From Haplodiscus bocki (Eukaryota), in the NCBI GenBank assembly GCA_965655095.1, contig OZ296658.1, positions 5,084,001 to 5,148,000 of the forward strand: 64,000 bases of DNA. The letters are read 5' to 3'. This document shows, piece by piece, positions 40,258 through 53,947 of this stretch. Position numbers and translations under genes: made by a program. The notes beneath the pieces were generated by a model. That model did not search any database. It was not told where the DNA came from and saw only the letters and a list, made by a program, of their open reading frames with translations. Each line of letters begins with the position of its first letter. Within the stretch, counting starts at the first letter, position 1.

Positions 40258-40540
40258 TTGATTCAAAACTAGGCCTCGCGTAATATCGGCAGCATCAAGC
40301 AATGTGAAGTAGATGTCCGGAACTTCGGCGTTCTTTCTACATAAATTTTGTGCAAAATCTGTTAGAGCAACTCCAGTATCCCTTCCATCCAAAAGTAAAA
40401 AGTTGGAGTTCGAGAGTTTTATGCGAGGTGATGATAAAAGTTAGTCAACCAATGAATCAGCTTCAGCGAGAAGTCTTGATTGTTATCTTTCTTGAACGAT
40501 AACCTGATAAGTAGGTAGTTTTGTTTTCGTAACAACAGTT
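40230..40540 (-). pseudogene. Conserved small Polinton ORF between ATPase and integrase
   Basis: LDGRDTGVALTDFAQNL...VPDIYFTLLDAA in the N-terminal part of ORF 39811-40392; function unknown. Confidence 0.45.
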
Positions 40541-40829
40541 GTTTTTAATTTACTGTTGCGTAAAGAACCGAGTACAAGAACAAGCTGTTTCAAGTCAAGA
40601 GAGGTGATTAATGACGAATGGGGGTAGTACATGTAATTGCAGTCCTTTTTTGAATGCCAGGAACCTCCGCTATTTTTTCCAAGTTGTTCTTAAAGTGCGT
40701 GAAAATGTTTTCGATACTTTACCACTTTTTTTCAAACTCTTTCATCAACTCCTTCAATTTTCTGTGGAGCAGGTTGACGATACATTTGCTGGGAAATTGG
40801 ATGAACTCTTTCAGCGAAATTGAAAGGAA

Positions 40830-41543
40830 ATCTACTTTGCATTTGTGGGAAAAGAGTTGGAATGCTTGGAGAAAAGATATTTTGTGTGCTCATGGTCCAA
40901 AATTTTCAAGTGTTTCAATTGTTCCGGGATGTGAAATTTTGAGGGTTTTTTCCGCTGTTTGTACAGTATCGTAATCGATCATCTCTTCGAGGAGAAAAGT
41001 CGATCAACGAATGATCAAACGGAACAGATGTTGCACCTTTAAACCAATCAACTAGCCAGGAACCGAGACCTAATTGAACACTGAGCGTGCCAAATTGTAG
41101 AACATCTCTTGGTGTTTTGAAAAGAACTATATGTGTGCTCTGAAACTCGATATCGCGACCTTGTTCAGTCTTATGAAACAAGTTGTGCTTTATGTATATT
41201 GTACTTAACCCACGATGTCTTCCTGCCACAGCAATTTTTCAAAAACTCTCGAAGCACAAATTTCTTGACATGCGTCATCGAAATTGAGTGAATAATTGGT
41301 TCCATTGTTTTCCAGAGAGTCAACGAAGTCGAAGTTTACACCCAGAACAAAATCAAGGTTTTCGATCTCTTTTTGAATCTGATCGTAGAGTGGTTGGAAA
41401 TGTTGATGCAAAACAATTTCATCAAAATTTGATTGAAAAGTACCATTTTTCAACCATTGGTAAATAACTTGTTATTTTCCCGATTCCCCTGGACCTACTA
41501 AGGAAATGAAAACACGATTTTTCGTGGAAATGAGTTTGCTCAT
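40830..41543 (-). pseudogene. A32/FtsK-like DNA packaging ATPase, broken
   Basis: Walker A LVGPGESGK*, Walker B-like LNFDD, GRHRGLSTIYIKHNLF, HIVLFKTPRD. Confidence 0.9.
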
Positions 41544-41544
41544 A

Positions 41545-41774
41545 GCCCAAGAGTGGGAACCATAATTCCTGCTGCGCTACACAAAATTCTTACCCAAACG
41601 GACTTCTCGTCGCAAGACAAAGCCAAGTGTATTCTCCAGAAGCTTCCCAAAAATGATTAGCAGTATAACGAGAAATTGAGACAAAAAAACCATCAGCGAT
41701 CGCGAAAAGGAATGTCCAAAACAACTCCAAGATCTCCGTTCTGAATTGTTTTCGTCGAACACAATTTTATCCAA
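41545..41774 (-). pseudogene. Small membrane protein upstream of the ATPase
   Basis: WSCFG..FSRSLMVFLSQFLVILLIIF hydrophobic helix; frameshifted second helix. Confidence 0.55.
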
Positions 41775-43847
41775 GTTAATTGTGTCTTAACTTCAGCCAT
41801 TCGTCTCTCACTGCGCAAAGAGGAGAAATGTTTGTCTCGGAACCCCTATGAAATCCTGGAAATGATGCAAAAATTTAAGCTCCCAACAAAGATGGAAATC
41901 AGTCAGTTCGAATAAGTTTTAGAAATATCGCATCATATAAAAAAGTATCGTACATAGAGATCCCTTCCTATTTTCCAGACGTACTGATCATTGCAGTCAG
42001 CAATCAAACAGATTGAAAATAGAAAGTACAAATATCTTCAAATACAAGCAGTAAAGAAGTCCCGTGATGTGACCCAAAAAACAGGAACTGCGTCCACGTC
42101 CAAGCACATAGTAGTAACCCGGTCTGCTTCCTTTCTGCTTAAACGGCACCAGCGGCATCGTGCAATAATGCATGTCAACGAAATACATTAGAGAAAAAAG
42201 CCACGGTAACGATGTTTGAGTTCCCGTAACCAATAAGTCCACCGTGAGGATACAGAAAATCCATCACCCGCAGGCGGATTTTTGAAACAAAACAGTGACA
42301 AACGCTCAAGAACAAGTTTTTCCTCATCGTATTCCTTTGAAAGGGAAAGAATTTATCACTCCCGCGTAAAAGTGAATAACTGCAACTATAGAACATACGT
42401 CCATTCTCGACAGAAGCTAAATCAATTGTGATGAGTTGTTTCATTCATAGCAATACACTTTTTCGAGAAAGTTTACATGTAACTCAGAAAGTAAAACTTT
42501 TTATGTCGAAAGAGTTCATACTCCAATACGCTGAGCTTAGGATCTCAATCATTGAGATGTTGTTCCCGTATCGAAACACAGTGATTTCGACTGTAGCAGT
42601 AACGGTTCTGAAAGTTATGCAAATTTTTCGTCTTCCGTTGTATATCACCCAGGTTAGACATGATATTTCTTTCTCGAGATCATTTTTTTAACTTTTGGTA
42701 GCTTTTGCACTTCAACAACTGTCGGGTTAATTTCATCGGGCGATTGTTTTGAGGATTAGTTGATGACGCGCCAAGTTTGTGCTTAATCTAGGGCTAAGAT
42801 TTCTATTCTCTCCTATGTTTCAGCTATTTTGACTTCAGTTATTCAAAAAATGATTGAATGATAAACTTCAATTACACAAGGTTACAAAGACTCTGATTAG
42901 ATGAAGCCCGCTCAGAGAGATTATTAATACTACTTATATTTACCCTAACGATATCAAGTATGACCAGCTGACGAATTTAACTGAAATATTATTGAAAAAT
43001 CTTGCTTCAATATTGCATTATATTGTCACTCGCAGATCTAGTACTGATGTTCATGTTAATTTTTAAGTTGTTGTTTGTACGCCTTCGGGCAACAGAAAAA
43101 ACAATTCAAATTATTCATTCGTTTTTAACATCGAGCAAATACATAAAATCATCTAGTTTGCAGTTAATAAAATCAACTTGTCGAAAATTCTCGATTTCAC
43201 TTTTCCTCGTGAAGAGTCGACGCAGCAGGTAGGCGCTCTCTGCTTTTTCACTGTAGTACTTTTCAATCGTTGCAATTATCTTCATCTTAGATCTATCCAG
43301 AATTGTTAAGGCCTTTTGAACGTGCTTGAGTTGTTCCTCTAACTCTCTCGTTAGGGCTGACATCACAATAGTTTCCAGGTTCTCATCCTCCGCGAAATCC
43401 GCAGCAACAACAAATATTTGATTTCGGAGCGGTAGAAGTTATTTGAAATCTGATTCTCCCAAATTTACTTGTTGAGGTTTGCGAAATTCCCCCTTAGAGT
43501 CTTTTCTGGAAATTTTCCATTAATTTCGAGTTATTTGGCCTCGTTCGTTCCTATTTGGTACCAAGAAAGTCTCCCGAAATGGTCTTCCTTTTTGCCAAAG
43601 TCCACAAAAATGGTGCAAGTCAATTTATCTGGAGAAGGAATCAAATTACCACTCAACTTTTTACGGAGAAATTTTGTCAAATAGACTAGATTCAGATAAA
43701 ATTAGAAAAACTGAGCAGTTTGAAGATAGTTTGCAAAATCGAATTATGATTCCAATCACACTTTCGAACTTCCTTCATTCATTTTCCTTCCTTATTTGGA
43801 AAAAATCAATGTAGATAAGTGTTCTTTTCAGGGATACGAATCCATTA

Positions 43848-44047
43848 TGTTAGTATGTGTAGTTGAATCAAGAGTCGACTGGATAAGTCACGTTCGGAAC
43901 TGTTGAAAAAGTCAGCATATTTGGTGAAAAGTGCATTGATGAAAATTTGTTAGTATGTCGGAATCGAATCAAGAATAGACTCAACATGTCACGTTCTGAT
44001 TGGTTGAAAATGTAACCACTTTTGGCGGAAAGTGCATTGAAAAAATT
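43848..44047. repeat. Diverged 100-bp tandem pair inside Polinton 1
   Basis: TGTTAGTATGT...GAATCAAGA...GTCACGTTC...GTTGAAAA...AAAGTGCATTGA at 43848 and 43948. Confidence 0.8.
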
Positions 44048-46267
44048 GAGCTTTTTTCGTCAACCAGTACAAAAAACGCGGCAGCCAACGTGTCACACTC
44101 GGCACTGTGATTGGAAAACCATTTGTAATAAATGTTCTGGAAATTTCAGCAAAATTGATAATTCCAAATACTTATTCCATTTTCAGAAGGCACCCAATGG
44201 CTGCGGCCATGTTACAAGTAATACCGAGTTTTTTTGAAAAATTCTCTGGAAAATCTCCCTTTATCTCAAAAGATTAAATATGAAAGTTTCTTGGTGATTC
44301 GTGAGTATTGCGTCGCTGCTCAAGAATCTACTTTTGTTCCTTGAAACATTGTCAATACGACATTCTACTGATTGCAGATGAAGATATGAAGGATCTATTT
44401 TTAAAACTCGATCGCTTTTGCTTCAACTTTCAACGAGCAGATTGTTTTAGACTTTATTCAAACACAGATTCAGCGAAAAAATTTGTAAAATCCGGAGAAG
44501 TTTTCGATACTGTGCAGAGGGCTGTTTCTTTCAACAAACTCAACAAAGGCGTGGATAAAATACCCAGCATTGCTAAGACTCTTCCGTAAGAAATTCAAGA
44601 ACTTGTGGAGAGTTGAACGCGTCAGAAGAAAACTAGAGCTTGAACTCATGAAAATCATTGACTGTTTCCATGACGGTTATGGTAGTTACGAGAGTAAACC
44701 AGCTGATGTAAAAAATACACAAAGAAAAAATAATTATATTCACTCAAATATAGATCTTATCACAGACTGTCAAATGTTTTCGAGTCTTTCGTTTAATTGG
44801 ATAACTTTTTCGTCCACTTTTTTCAATATGTCAGATTTTATTCGGGGAAAAATCAACGACGCTTTTTTTTAATCTATATGTTTTGAAAAATCGACATCAC
44901 TAGTGGTGTTGCGTTTAGTTTCTCAAATATGCTAGATCCACCAATGGAATTTTTCACATCTTTCAACTCCATAAAAAGATCTACATAATCATATAACAGT
45001 CTACTTTTCTTCTGGCAGAGTTACAATAACATTCTCCGCCATTGAAGCAATACGCCTGATAGGATTCCATACAAAATTTATGGAACCTTTCAGAGAGGTC
45101 ACTTTCGCTCGCCCGAAACTGTGTTTCTCCTATTCAAGATTAATGGAGCAATTATCCCCGACAGAAAGCCAGCTAAAACTAAACCAATGCAAGCAACTAT
45201 ATCTAAAAAGCATATATTTCAGAATCAAAGAAAAAATTTTGGAACAGACAATACAGATGATAAGAAAAATACACAAAGACATTTAATTGCTCAATCATTT
45301 ACTCAAAGACCTGATGACAGATTGCAGAAAAGTTTTGAGTTTTTCAAAGGGCACGCCGTTACTTCTGCTGTTCCACAGCTGGACGCTGGTTGTCCCTCTC
45401 TTGCTCCGGTGTTAACCTTACAGGCTGTACGTTTTCCTTGTTTTCATCGTCGATAAAATCATGAACGCTGTCATCATCATCATTGTTGCAACTTCTTCAC
45501 CATTGTCATCTTCGAAGACAGGATAGTCGAAACTATAGCGATTAACGGTCAAATCGAAGATGTTTGGCGATTTTGGTGATCTTACTGTGCCACTGGTATC
45601 CGTTGTGGACAGTGTTGCCACGCCTGGTCTGCTGTGGAGCCATTGTCGATGACAATTACTTGTCGTTCCCAACCTCGGATTGGATCTTGCAATGCTGGCA
45701 ACTTCTCATGCACTTCATAGGGTCGTTGCTGCTCTGCCTGAGCGAATGGAGCCCCAGCTAAGGCTCCTTCCATGAATCGTAGTCTTTGACTCTCGAGAAC
45801 ATTCCACATCGACGGAGACAGCTCGATAGAATTTTCGAGTTTCATTCCCAACGAGTCGCACTTTTAATCAAACCGAATCCCCTCCAAATTCTACCGACCC
45901 GTTCCTTTCGCCGTTGGAAACTGAGAATATCATATTGCCAGAATAGTTGATTTGAGATATAGACAGTCGGTAAATGCCAGTGTTGATTCTAAATTGTTTT
46001 GACAACCGAATGATTGTGGGAAAAATTTTTTTGTCAAGATTTACGTCAACCAAGGAGGCTTAGGATGCAATCAATGAAAATTATGAGGTGATTAAAAATA
46101 AAATCGAGTCGAACCGACCGAAAACAATTGGCGGAGTTTGTAACTGCTTTCAGTTATACAACAATGGCAAAACAAAAGAGCGACTTGTAAGCAGTTTTTA
46201 AACTTCAGAGTGGTGAAATTAACAATTTCATCCAATAGAAACTGGTCTCAAGTTCATCTGAATTTTT

Positions 46268-46669
46268 TCAAGGAGAGGAGCAATTGTTGTCGAGCTCAAT
46301 TCGGAAAGATAATCTAGTGTGCGGTTTCGGATGGTCTCTTATTTCATGGATGTGATGACAGAAGACCTCGTCTTTCAGAACAGAACAACCGATGGGATTT
46401 TTAGGTATTGGTAAGCAGTAATAGTTCGAATTCTTTGCCTCCTCGTATTCGTTGAAGAAATCTTTTAAACAATGCAAAACTGTAGCAAGTTCTTGCATAG
46501 TTATAGTTAATTTTTCTGAAAGAAAATATCGCTGTTCGAATTTTAAAGAATCGGACTTGAATAATTTGAAGGTAAAAGAAAATATATTGGAGCTTCTGCT
46601 CAAACGCACTAGTCGATCTCTACAGTTGAGACATACTGTAATAGAAGTAGAAGTCGACATCAGTTTCAT
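46268..46669 (-). pseudogene. Polinton 1 accessory ORF of unknown function
   Basis: 133-aa open stretch inside the element; no recognised motif. Confidence 0.35.
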
Positions 46670-47636
46670 CTAAAAAGTCCTCTGGACTTTCTTCGTAGAT
46701 GGGGTCTAGCTTAGATAGAGTGGGTGGTTGATTTTTCAGCGACATCAACTATTCTTGACGAACAAACTGTGATAAAAGAAAAAGTTTACTCGGAGGCAAA
46801 ACTGTAAAAATTTCATGTCAATTCGATGTTTTTTGTCATTGGCTGAGCTGTATCAGTCAATAGAAAACCGGTTTTGAAAGATGATATTCGTTTTTCATTT
46901 TATGGTTGACTCAATATGGTTTTCAATTATATTGTTGCTTCGCTAGGCTTGAGTAAATTGCGCGGTGACCACTTGTCTACTTGAAAGATACAATTTCCAA
47001 TTATTTGTTTTCACAGACGACCTCCCTTCATTCCCAAAGATCAAATTCCACTCGAACAAATCTCTCAGACAAGTTGTCGCCTAAACTGCAGATCAATGTT
47101 CCACTTCATTGCATTTCCCAGGCTAACTGCCTCCATGCTGTTGGAAGGCGTTTCGCTTGATCACACTTCGAAGACAAAGAGTCTTCAAGGGACCGTTAAT
47201 TTTTATTAAACTTTCAATTTTCCGACACATTGTCTTGGCTGAAGAGGCTTCGTTCCACTTGATTGATCTTGTTAGACATTCTGGCGGCACTGGTCATAAT
47301 CAATTCCTTTTCTAGTATCAGCATGATTTTGTGAGAACTTTTTGCGTAGTTGTCCCACACGTGTTCAAATTAATGTCAAGAAACATTGTGCTAATCACAT
47401 AGACTTCCTATCATGGAAGTTTTAATGAAGTCAATTGTTATTTGAAACTTTTCGAACTGAAATGGAATTCGCCTTTTCTAATTCCCAGCACCTTACGACT
47501 TTTATCGACCAATTTCATACCTTGTCCTCCTTTGGCCCGAAAATTGAATGACTCAAGTCGAATTGAATTTTTCTCTTCGTTTTGAGTTTACTTCATATTG
47601 TTTTACATCTTTGAGTACTTTCAGAAAGTTGCAATT

Positions 47637-50600
47637 ATGCCTTCTCTCGGTCCAAACGGAAAAACTACTTGCATTTACTGTGGATTGAGTGTCATGAAAG
47701 CCATATTATCACGACATATGAAATCATGAACCAGAGTTACAAAAACATGTCCGCAATGTCCTCACTTTTTCAGCAAAACTCAGAAGGAAATGAATCATCA
47801 CATTGCTACAAAACAAGCAGTGTCATATTCAGATGTGAGAACAAAGTGCTCAAGATGTGAAAAAGAATTTCCCAGCTATTACTCATCGCAGAAGCAGAAG
47901 CGGTCACGACTTCAGAAGTTAATGTGGACTTGGACTCAATTATGAATGATAACCGAAACCCGGATGTACGCGAAGAGCTTATCACTTGCAAGCAATTTTT
48001 GGTAGCCTCTGAAGTCGTTAGAGCCAGACAACATGTTTTCAATTATGCTTCGAACTATATTATTCGACTTTCCTGAAGGATAAACTACAACATATTTTTG
48101 AGAGTCTACATTGTGCTGCAAAAACTAATATGGCGCTCGGATTTGTTCTTCGTAACGTTGAAGACGGAAAATACCGTTACCTTTATACACATGAGAATAT
48201 TTTGCTTCTGGGAAGGTCACGACTTATTGCCAACAAATAAGACTTGTTGGAGTTACAGAAATGTGGACGTGATCATTGTAGAACTGAGTGCACGAGAGAT
48301 CGTCGACGAAATGGAAGTTTTCATGTGCTACGAACGTGCCGTGTTCTGCCGCTTTGCTGAAGAGCGTTCCTGTTGGTTGTAAAGACGTTTTATTACCACC
48401 TCACATGGCCAAACAAGCAGATCTTAACTGCTTCACTTAGAAGGTGAACAAGGAACAGTACAACGACAACTTGTGCTTCTTGAGGGCTGTTTGCAAGCAC
48501 AGGACAGGTACAGAGAAGATGAAGGAAGAAACATCTAATCTCTTGAATGCATTCCGCGACCTCAATTCAAATTCAACAGCTGAGAATTTTCAAGGGGTTG
48601 CTCCAGAAGATCTTCATATCGTTAAACACCCAGCAAAAGTTACCATTTTAGTGTAGGATATTGAAGTATCAGATAATGGAATTGTTGGAGAAGTTACCCA
48701 ACAATCTTTGCGAAGCTTCAGCTCAGCCGCTACTTTAGTGCGTTATAAAATAAAATTTGCTATGTTACTGGAGTGAAAAAGGTCTTCAAGACGTTTCATT
48801 GCCCTAAATCTGACAAATTCTTCAGAGGAAGTGGAAACTTACACAGACATTTACCTAAATGCGAAGAGTAGGTTAGAAGTATCTATCCGAAAACAGTCTA
48901 CCAACTCCGTCAAACAGCTCTTGATAAATTGAGAGCTTTTGATATTGAGACTGCGGAAGACAAAACGCTCAACAACTTTGCCGTCTTTGATTTCGAGTCC
49001 AATTGTGTGAAAGATTCTTCTCTGATTGATAAAGAAAATATTACTTGGGTTGGTGAGCATGAACCGATTCCAGTCTTGGTAACTACAAATCTACTTCAGG
49101 AGCAGTCTTTCATCTCCGACAATGAACCTCACTCACTAGTATCTACTTTCGTAACCACTCTCGAAAATCTTGCGGAGAAAAGTAGACTCGAGATGAGTCT
49201 CAAACTTCATGATATTGGCGCAACTATCAAAGAAAAAACTTGAGCTTGTAATGTCAGCAATCAACAAAGTAAAAACAACATCTTGCTCGTTAGATTTGCA
49301 AGGAGAAATTGTAATAGAAGCAGATGAAAAATAGCTGCCTCCACACAGTTTCTATGAAGTAAAAAAACAAATTAATTGAGCTCCCAGATCAGTTCTAGCG
49401 TTACGTCAAAACTCAGCCTGTTTTTGGTTTCAACAGAGCCGCGTATGATTTGAACTTGATAAAATCGTATCCAGTCCTTCTACTAGTTAATGAAAAAGGA
49501 ATTGAACCAAGTCATTGAAAAAGCATATCAGTTTGCATCCTTCAAAATTGGCAACATGCAGTTCCTGGAAAACATGAACTTTCTTAGAAGTGCAACTAGT
49601 CTTGTTTGCTTTCTCAAAGCATACAAAACGAGCTAAACCAAAAGATTCTTCCCTTATTGAATAGTTTGATAGTGTTGAGAAACTATCGCATCAATCGCTT
49701 CCCGCGTACGACGAGTTCTCCATTCAGTTGCGTAACTGCAACCCACAAAATGAAACCTTAAATTATCCGAATCTAATGAACGCTGCATGTAACGTTGAAG
49801 AAGCTCTTCGAAAACTCAAACTTTCGGAAATTCCTCCAACGGTTTCAACTAGAGTTTTCACACAACAGGAACTCAGAAAAAAATGACTGTTTCAGTGTTG
49901 ATGAATTTTGTGGTCACTGTGTGACACAATTTTTGAGGCTGTGGGTTGCTTTTATCATTTTTGTGAGAGTCAGGAACTACAACCTGGTCTCACCAATGAA
50001 GACATTGTCAAAGGATAGAAAAATGGATAATTTACGTCGTCCTTACTTGCGAGAGAATTATTCTATCGTAGAGTTGTGAGAATGTGAATGGAAACAAAAT
50101 CTCCGAGAAAACCATGAGATCAAGTCTTTTGTTCGATCAGACTTCACATTCGAACGACCTTTGAAGTTTAATAACTTGCTCCCCAGCATTCGCAAGGGAG
50201 ACGTATTTGGTTACATTCAAAGTGACATAAAAGTTCCAGACAACCTAAAAGAAAAATTTGAAACCTTCCCAACAATTTTTACAAACACAGTTTTTTCCCG
50301 CACGCACATTCCGGAGTTAATGAAAGAGTATGCGGAAGAAAACAAGCTGTTGATTCAACATCCAAAAATGTTGATATCGAGTTTCCACCTTAAACGGAAC
50401 GATTATTACACAAACTTTTTAAGTTTTATGTGAATCTTGGTCTAGAGAGAACCCAAAATCACTGTTTCGCTCAGTATAGTCCAATAAGATGCTTCAACAG
50501 TTTTGTTCAGTTTGCAGTGAATGCTCGGAGACTAGGAGACGAAAATACACATTCTGGTGTGCCAGCTGAGACGATAAAACTCTTGGCTAAAAGCTCGTAC

Positions 50601-51382
50601 GGACATCAAATTATGGATAGAAGCCGACACACAATCACCAGATATCTTGAATGATGAAAAAGCCCACAAAGCCATAAACAGCAAATTTTTCAAGAGATTA
50701 AATTACCTGAACGATAATTTGTACGGAGTTGCAGCAGTTAAACCCAGTGTAAAGCATAAGGAACCCATCATTGTTGGCTTTTTGATCCTATAATATGCTA
50801 AGCTGCGAATGCTTGAACTATTTTACCTTTTCGCTAAGTTTTGCAACTTCATTTCTTCGAGGAGATGGAAATGGACACTGATTCTCTCTACCTAGCTCTG
50901 AGACAACATTCACTGGAAGATTGTATCAAGCCCGAAATGAAAGAAGCTTGGATGAATATCAGAAAACAGGACTGATTTTTCTGCCAACTCGTCCAGTAAC
51001 TTCTTGCCTCGAACGTGTAGCATCGAACATATCAAATACGACAAGCAATAACCTGGACTTTTCAGAGAAGAGTTTAGTTGCACTGAAATGATTCGTCTCT
51101 GCAGTAAAACCTATTGCTGCTTCGACCAGAATACACAAAAAATCAGGTTCAATAGAAAAGGACTCAACAATAAAATTCTGGAGGAAACTGGCCCAGGACA
51201 CTGGAGAAATACAGACGAGCGCTTGAGGAAGAAAATGAATGTCCGATCTACGAATCGTGGATTCCGAACAATGCAATATTTTGTCTGTACATACGAACAA
51301 ACGAAGCGTGGCTTGTCATAATTTTATCCAAAAAGAATTGTTCTGAGGGATGGAGTTCACACAAAACCACTTTTGTATATAA
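47637..51382 (+). pseudogene. Protein-primed family B DNA polymerase (pPolB) of Polinton 1, with N-terminal zinc fingers and a Vsr-like insertion
   Basis: CIYC..RHMK finger, ExoI VFDFES, ExoII GFN..YDLNLIK, FEAVGCFYHFC, motif B KLLAKSSYG, motif C MDTDSLY, PGLFREE, SKTY, YPKR; many stops and frameshifts. Confidence 0.92.
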
Positions 51383-51461
51383 GCTTTCAATTCTGTCAAC
51401 CTTAATTTTTGTACTTAAATGATCCTTCTCCAATTTCTATCTATTTTTTGTAAACATCTCC

Positions 51462-51747
51462 AATTGTACTCTCTAATCGATCTTCCTAAAACCTTAATTG
51501 AATTATCTTATAGCATTAACCGCAGGCGCTAACAGATGTCCTCAGGCGTATTAAATATTCGCGGCCGTAATAGTATTGTATAATAAAATCACCACCGGCG
51601 GCGCGGGGGCCTGGAAAAATCGTTCAATAAACAATAAAAACACATCACAGAGAGGGTGATGACCCTTCTTGGCTCCCGGATCCTACAACCTATGTTAAAA
51701 CATGAGGGTAATCACCCCCTGGCTGTCTCACTCGCCTACATACTACT
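51462..51747 (-). repeat. Right TIR of Polinton 1
   Basis: Reads AGTAGTATGTAGGCGAGTGAGACAGCCAGGGGGTGA... on the minus strand and is followed by the TSD CCTAAT. Confidence 0.92.
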
Positions 51748-53947
51748 CCTAATACACTGCCCACAGTCTCATTCAAAATATTGTTATGTGACACATTATT
51801 TTTAAAACGATGTTGTTCATTTTTCAGACCAATGTTAAAAAATTTTGCATTTCTCAGACCGCGACAATAAACAAGTACCTGCTAAGATGTTTCAAAAAGG
51901 GCTTTTTGTCTATTTACACTAGATGACTAGACTCTGTGATGACGACACAAAATGCAAGTTTTGGACAGAATAAAAAAACTATGCATAAGCCGGTTTCCAT
52001 TGCACATTCTTTCTTTCAATCAGAATGTGTAATAAATCTGCATTTTAGGAAAAAATACCCTTTTGTGCAATTTCTACAGCAATACTGCTGCTTTATTGCG
52101 GTTCAAAATTTCCAGATTTTTTATACACTAAATTTTTGTCGGAAAAAGGCATTTCTACAGGAAATTTGCCATTTTTCCCATTTGGAAAAAAAAATCAAAA
52201 ATTAGACATTTTATCCTGATTTTACAGTAAATTGTGCAAAAATTGGTGGCAAAAAAATTGCCCGATTTTACGAGAATGCTGGAATCGTACAATTTTCCTT
52301 CCATTTTTGAACATGGACCAAAAAAACGTAAGCATCAAGGATGCCACGCAATAAGCGATCAGAATTTAGAATGTTCATTTTGCTAAAATTGACTAATAAT
52401 TTTTAACACAGACACGGAGCTGAATTTCGCAGCACATTCTGACTTATGAGTTGAGATCACGGATCCCAAAAGACATTTGACACCATGATCGGAGATGTGA
52501 TTGACACTTTTAGGAAAAACTTAACCAGCTCTCAACCAAACGTTTGTTCGAAAACGGCAAGCTGAGAAAAGTACCTGTCACAGATCTACTCGAAAATTTT
52601 GTCTTTTCAGGTTACGTCATTTTCCCGCCGAATTTTTGAGAAGTTTTCACAGTAAGAAATGCTGAAATAAACAAATATCTGCGAAACGAGGCCGTTTTTG
52701 AACATCAGATGCGAATTAGATTGGCTAATTTGAGAACATTCAAATCATTACCACATGTACTTGAAATGGAACAGTAAAGTCACGTTAGCTCTAGTTTGGA
52801 GAAAAGAAATGATTTGCAGCGAATAGGTAGAAAGAAATCATTACGTTCCACTATCGCTCCGAATGGATTTGGAAAATGGAGCGAAGATGCGTAAAAAGAA
52901 GTAAAATCTGCAGGCCTTAGTCCTTTCGGCTCAATGCTTTAAAACTAAGCACAAACCGGTTTCCATACGCATCCGTCTTTTCAATCAGAATGTGTAAAAA
53001 CTGGCTGTTTCGTCATTCACCTCTACTTCTACCTTTTTGGCGCAACTTCAGACTACATGGGATTTTACCACCGTTTTTCTCTCCAAGTCGGTAAACATGG
53101 TTTCTATCCTTGTTTCAAGGAAATGTTAGCTTCCAGGAGCTTCTGAAATCAGAGTAGCGCCTCAATTAGATTTTTGATTTGAAAGCGGTTCCTGCAAATA
53201 TTACATCAAAACTCAGTCAGGACTTACCCATGTTTTTCTAAAAAAAAGTCCGGATACCGAACAGGAAATCAAGCAGAATTCTAGAAAAAGATTGTAGTAA
53301 AAGATTAAAAAGTTTGTATCTAACTAAACAACTCAAGATGGGCGAGTTTCCATCGGTGATGTCACTGTTGAGAGCTCCAAACAACTCGCATTGGGACCAA
53401 GAGAACACTTCTGAAACACAGCACACTAGAGGGATGTAAATAAGAGAATTCGGGGAGGGAGGAGGAGCGTATGGAGAAAGAATGGAGAAGCATGAGTTAG
53501 ATCAACCAGGGTAATCAGCTTGGGTTAATTCTTTAAATAGCTACACGTTCATTGTTATTTTGCGTCTCCGGATTTTATTTTCGGACAACAATTTTAGGAA
53601 TGAATAGGGTCGTATTTTTCAAAAGCAAGGTCTTATTAATGTCACTTCTTGGACATTCGTGAATTTTTCAAGTTTACTTTTTTTAAACCAAAGTCTTCCA
53701 GACGAACATGATATTCAGATTTTTTCTGTCAGTTCTGAAGGTAATTTGAAGGCCAATTTTAGTTAATTCAGCCTTATTTTGAAGACTTTAGCATCGAGTC
53801 TCAAAGTTCCAGGTGATTCTCTCTTTAAAGTTCTGGAACGCATTGACATCATCTGCCATTTGTTCTAAAGGGGCGGGCGTTCAACAAGTTTTGGTGAATA
53901 AAAACTTTCAAAATTTTCGGTTTTTCGATAAAAAAAATACTATCCGA

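Larger units (their letters stand above)
36093..51747. mobile_element. Polinton/Maverick 1: full-length but pseudogenised (15,655 bp)
   Basis: ~280-bp diverged TIRs, right end ...TACTACT, 6-bp TSD CCTAAT (36087-36092 and 51748-51753), and a full set of hallmark genes. Confidence 0.95.

Noticed and set aside
42000-42620. DEDD exonuclease-like accessory gene in Polinton 1
   Set aside because: Only a vague resemblance across broken frames; catalytic motifs are not readable.
53110-53235. Minus-strand RRYSDF (PX-domain-like) peptide next to apparent splice sites
   Set aside because: It is flanked by in-frame stops, and no phase-compatible link to the host gene was found.
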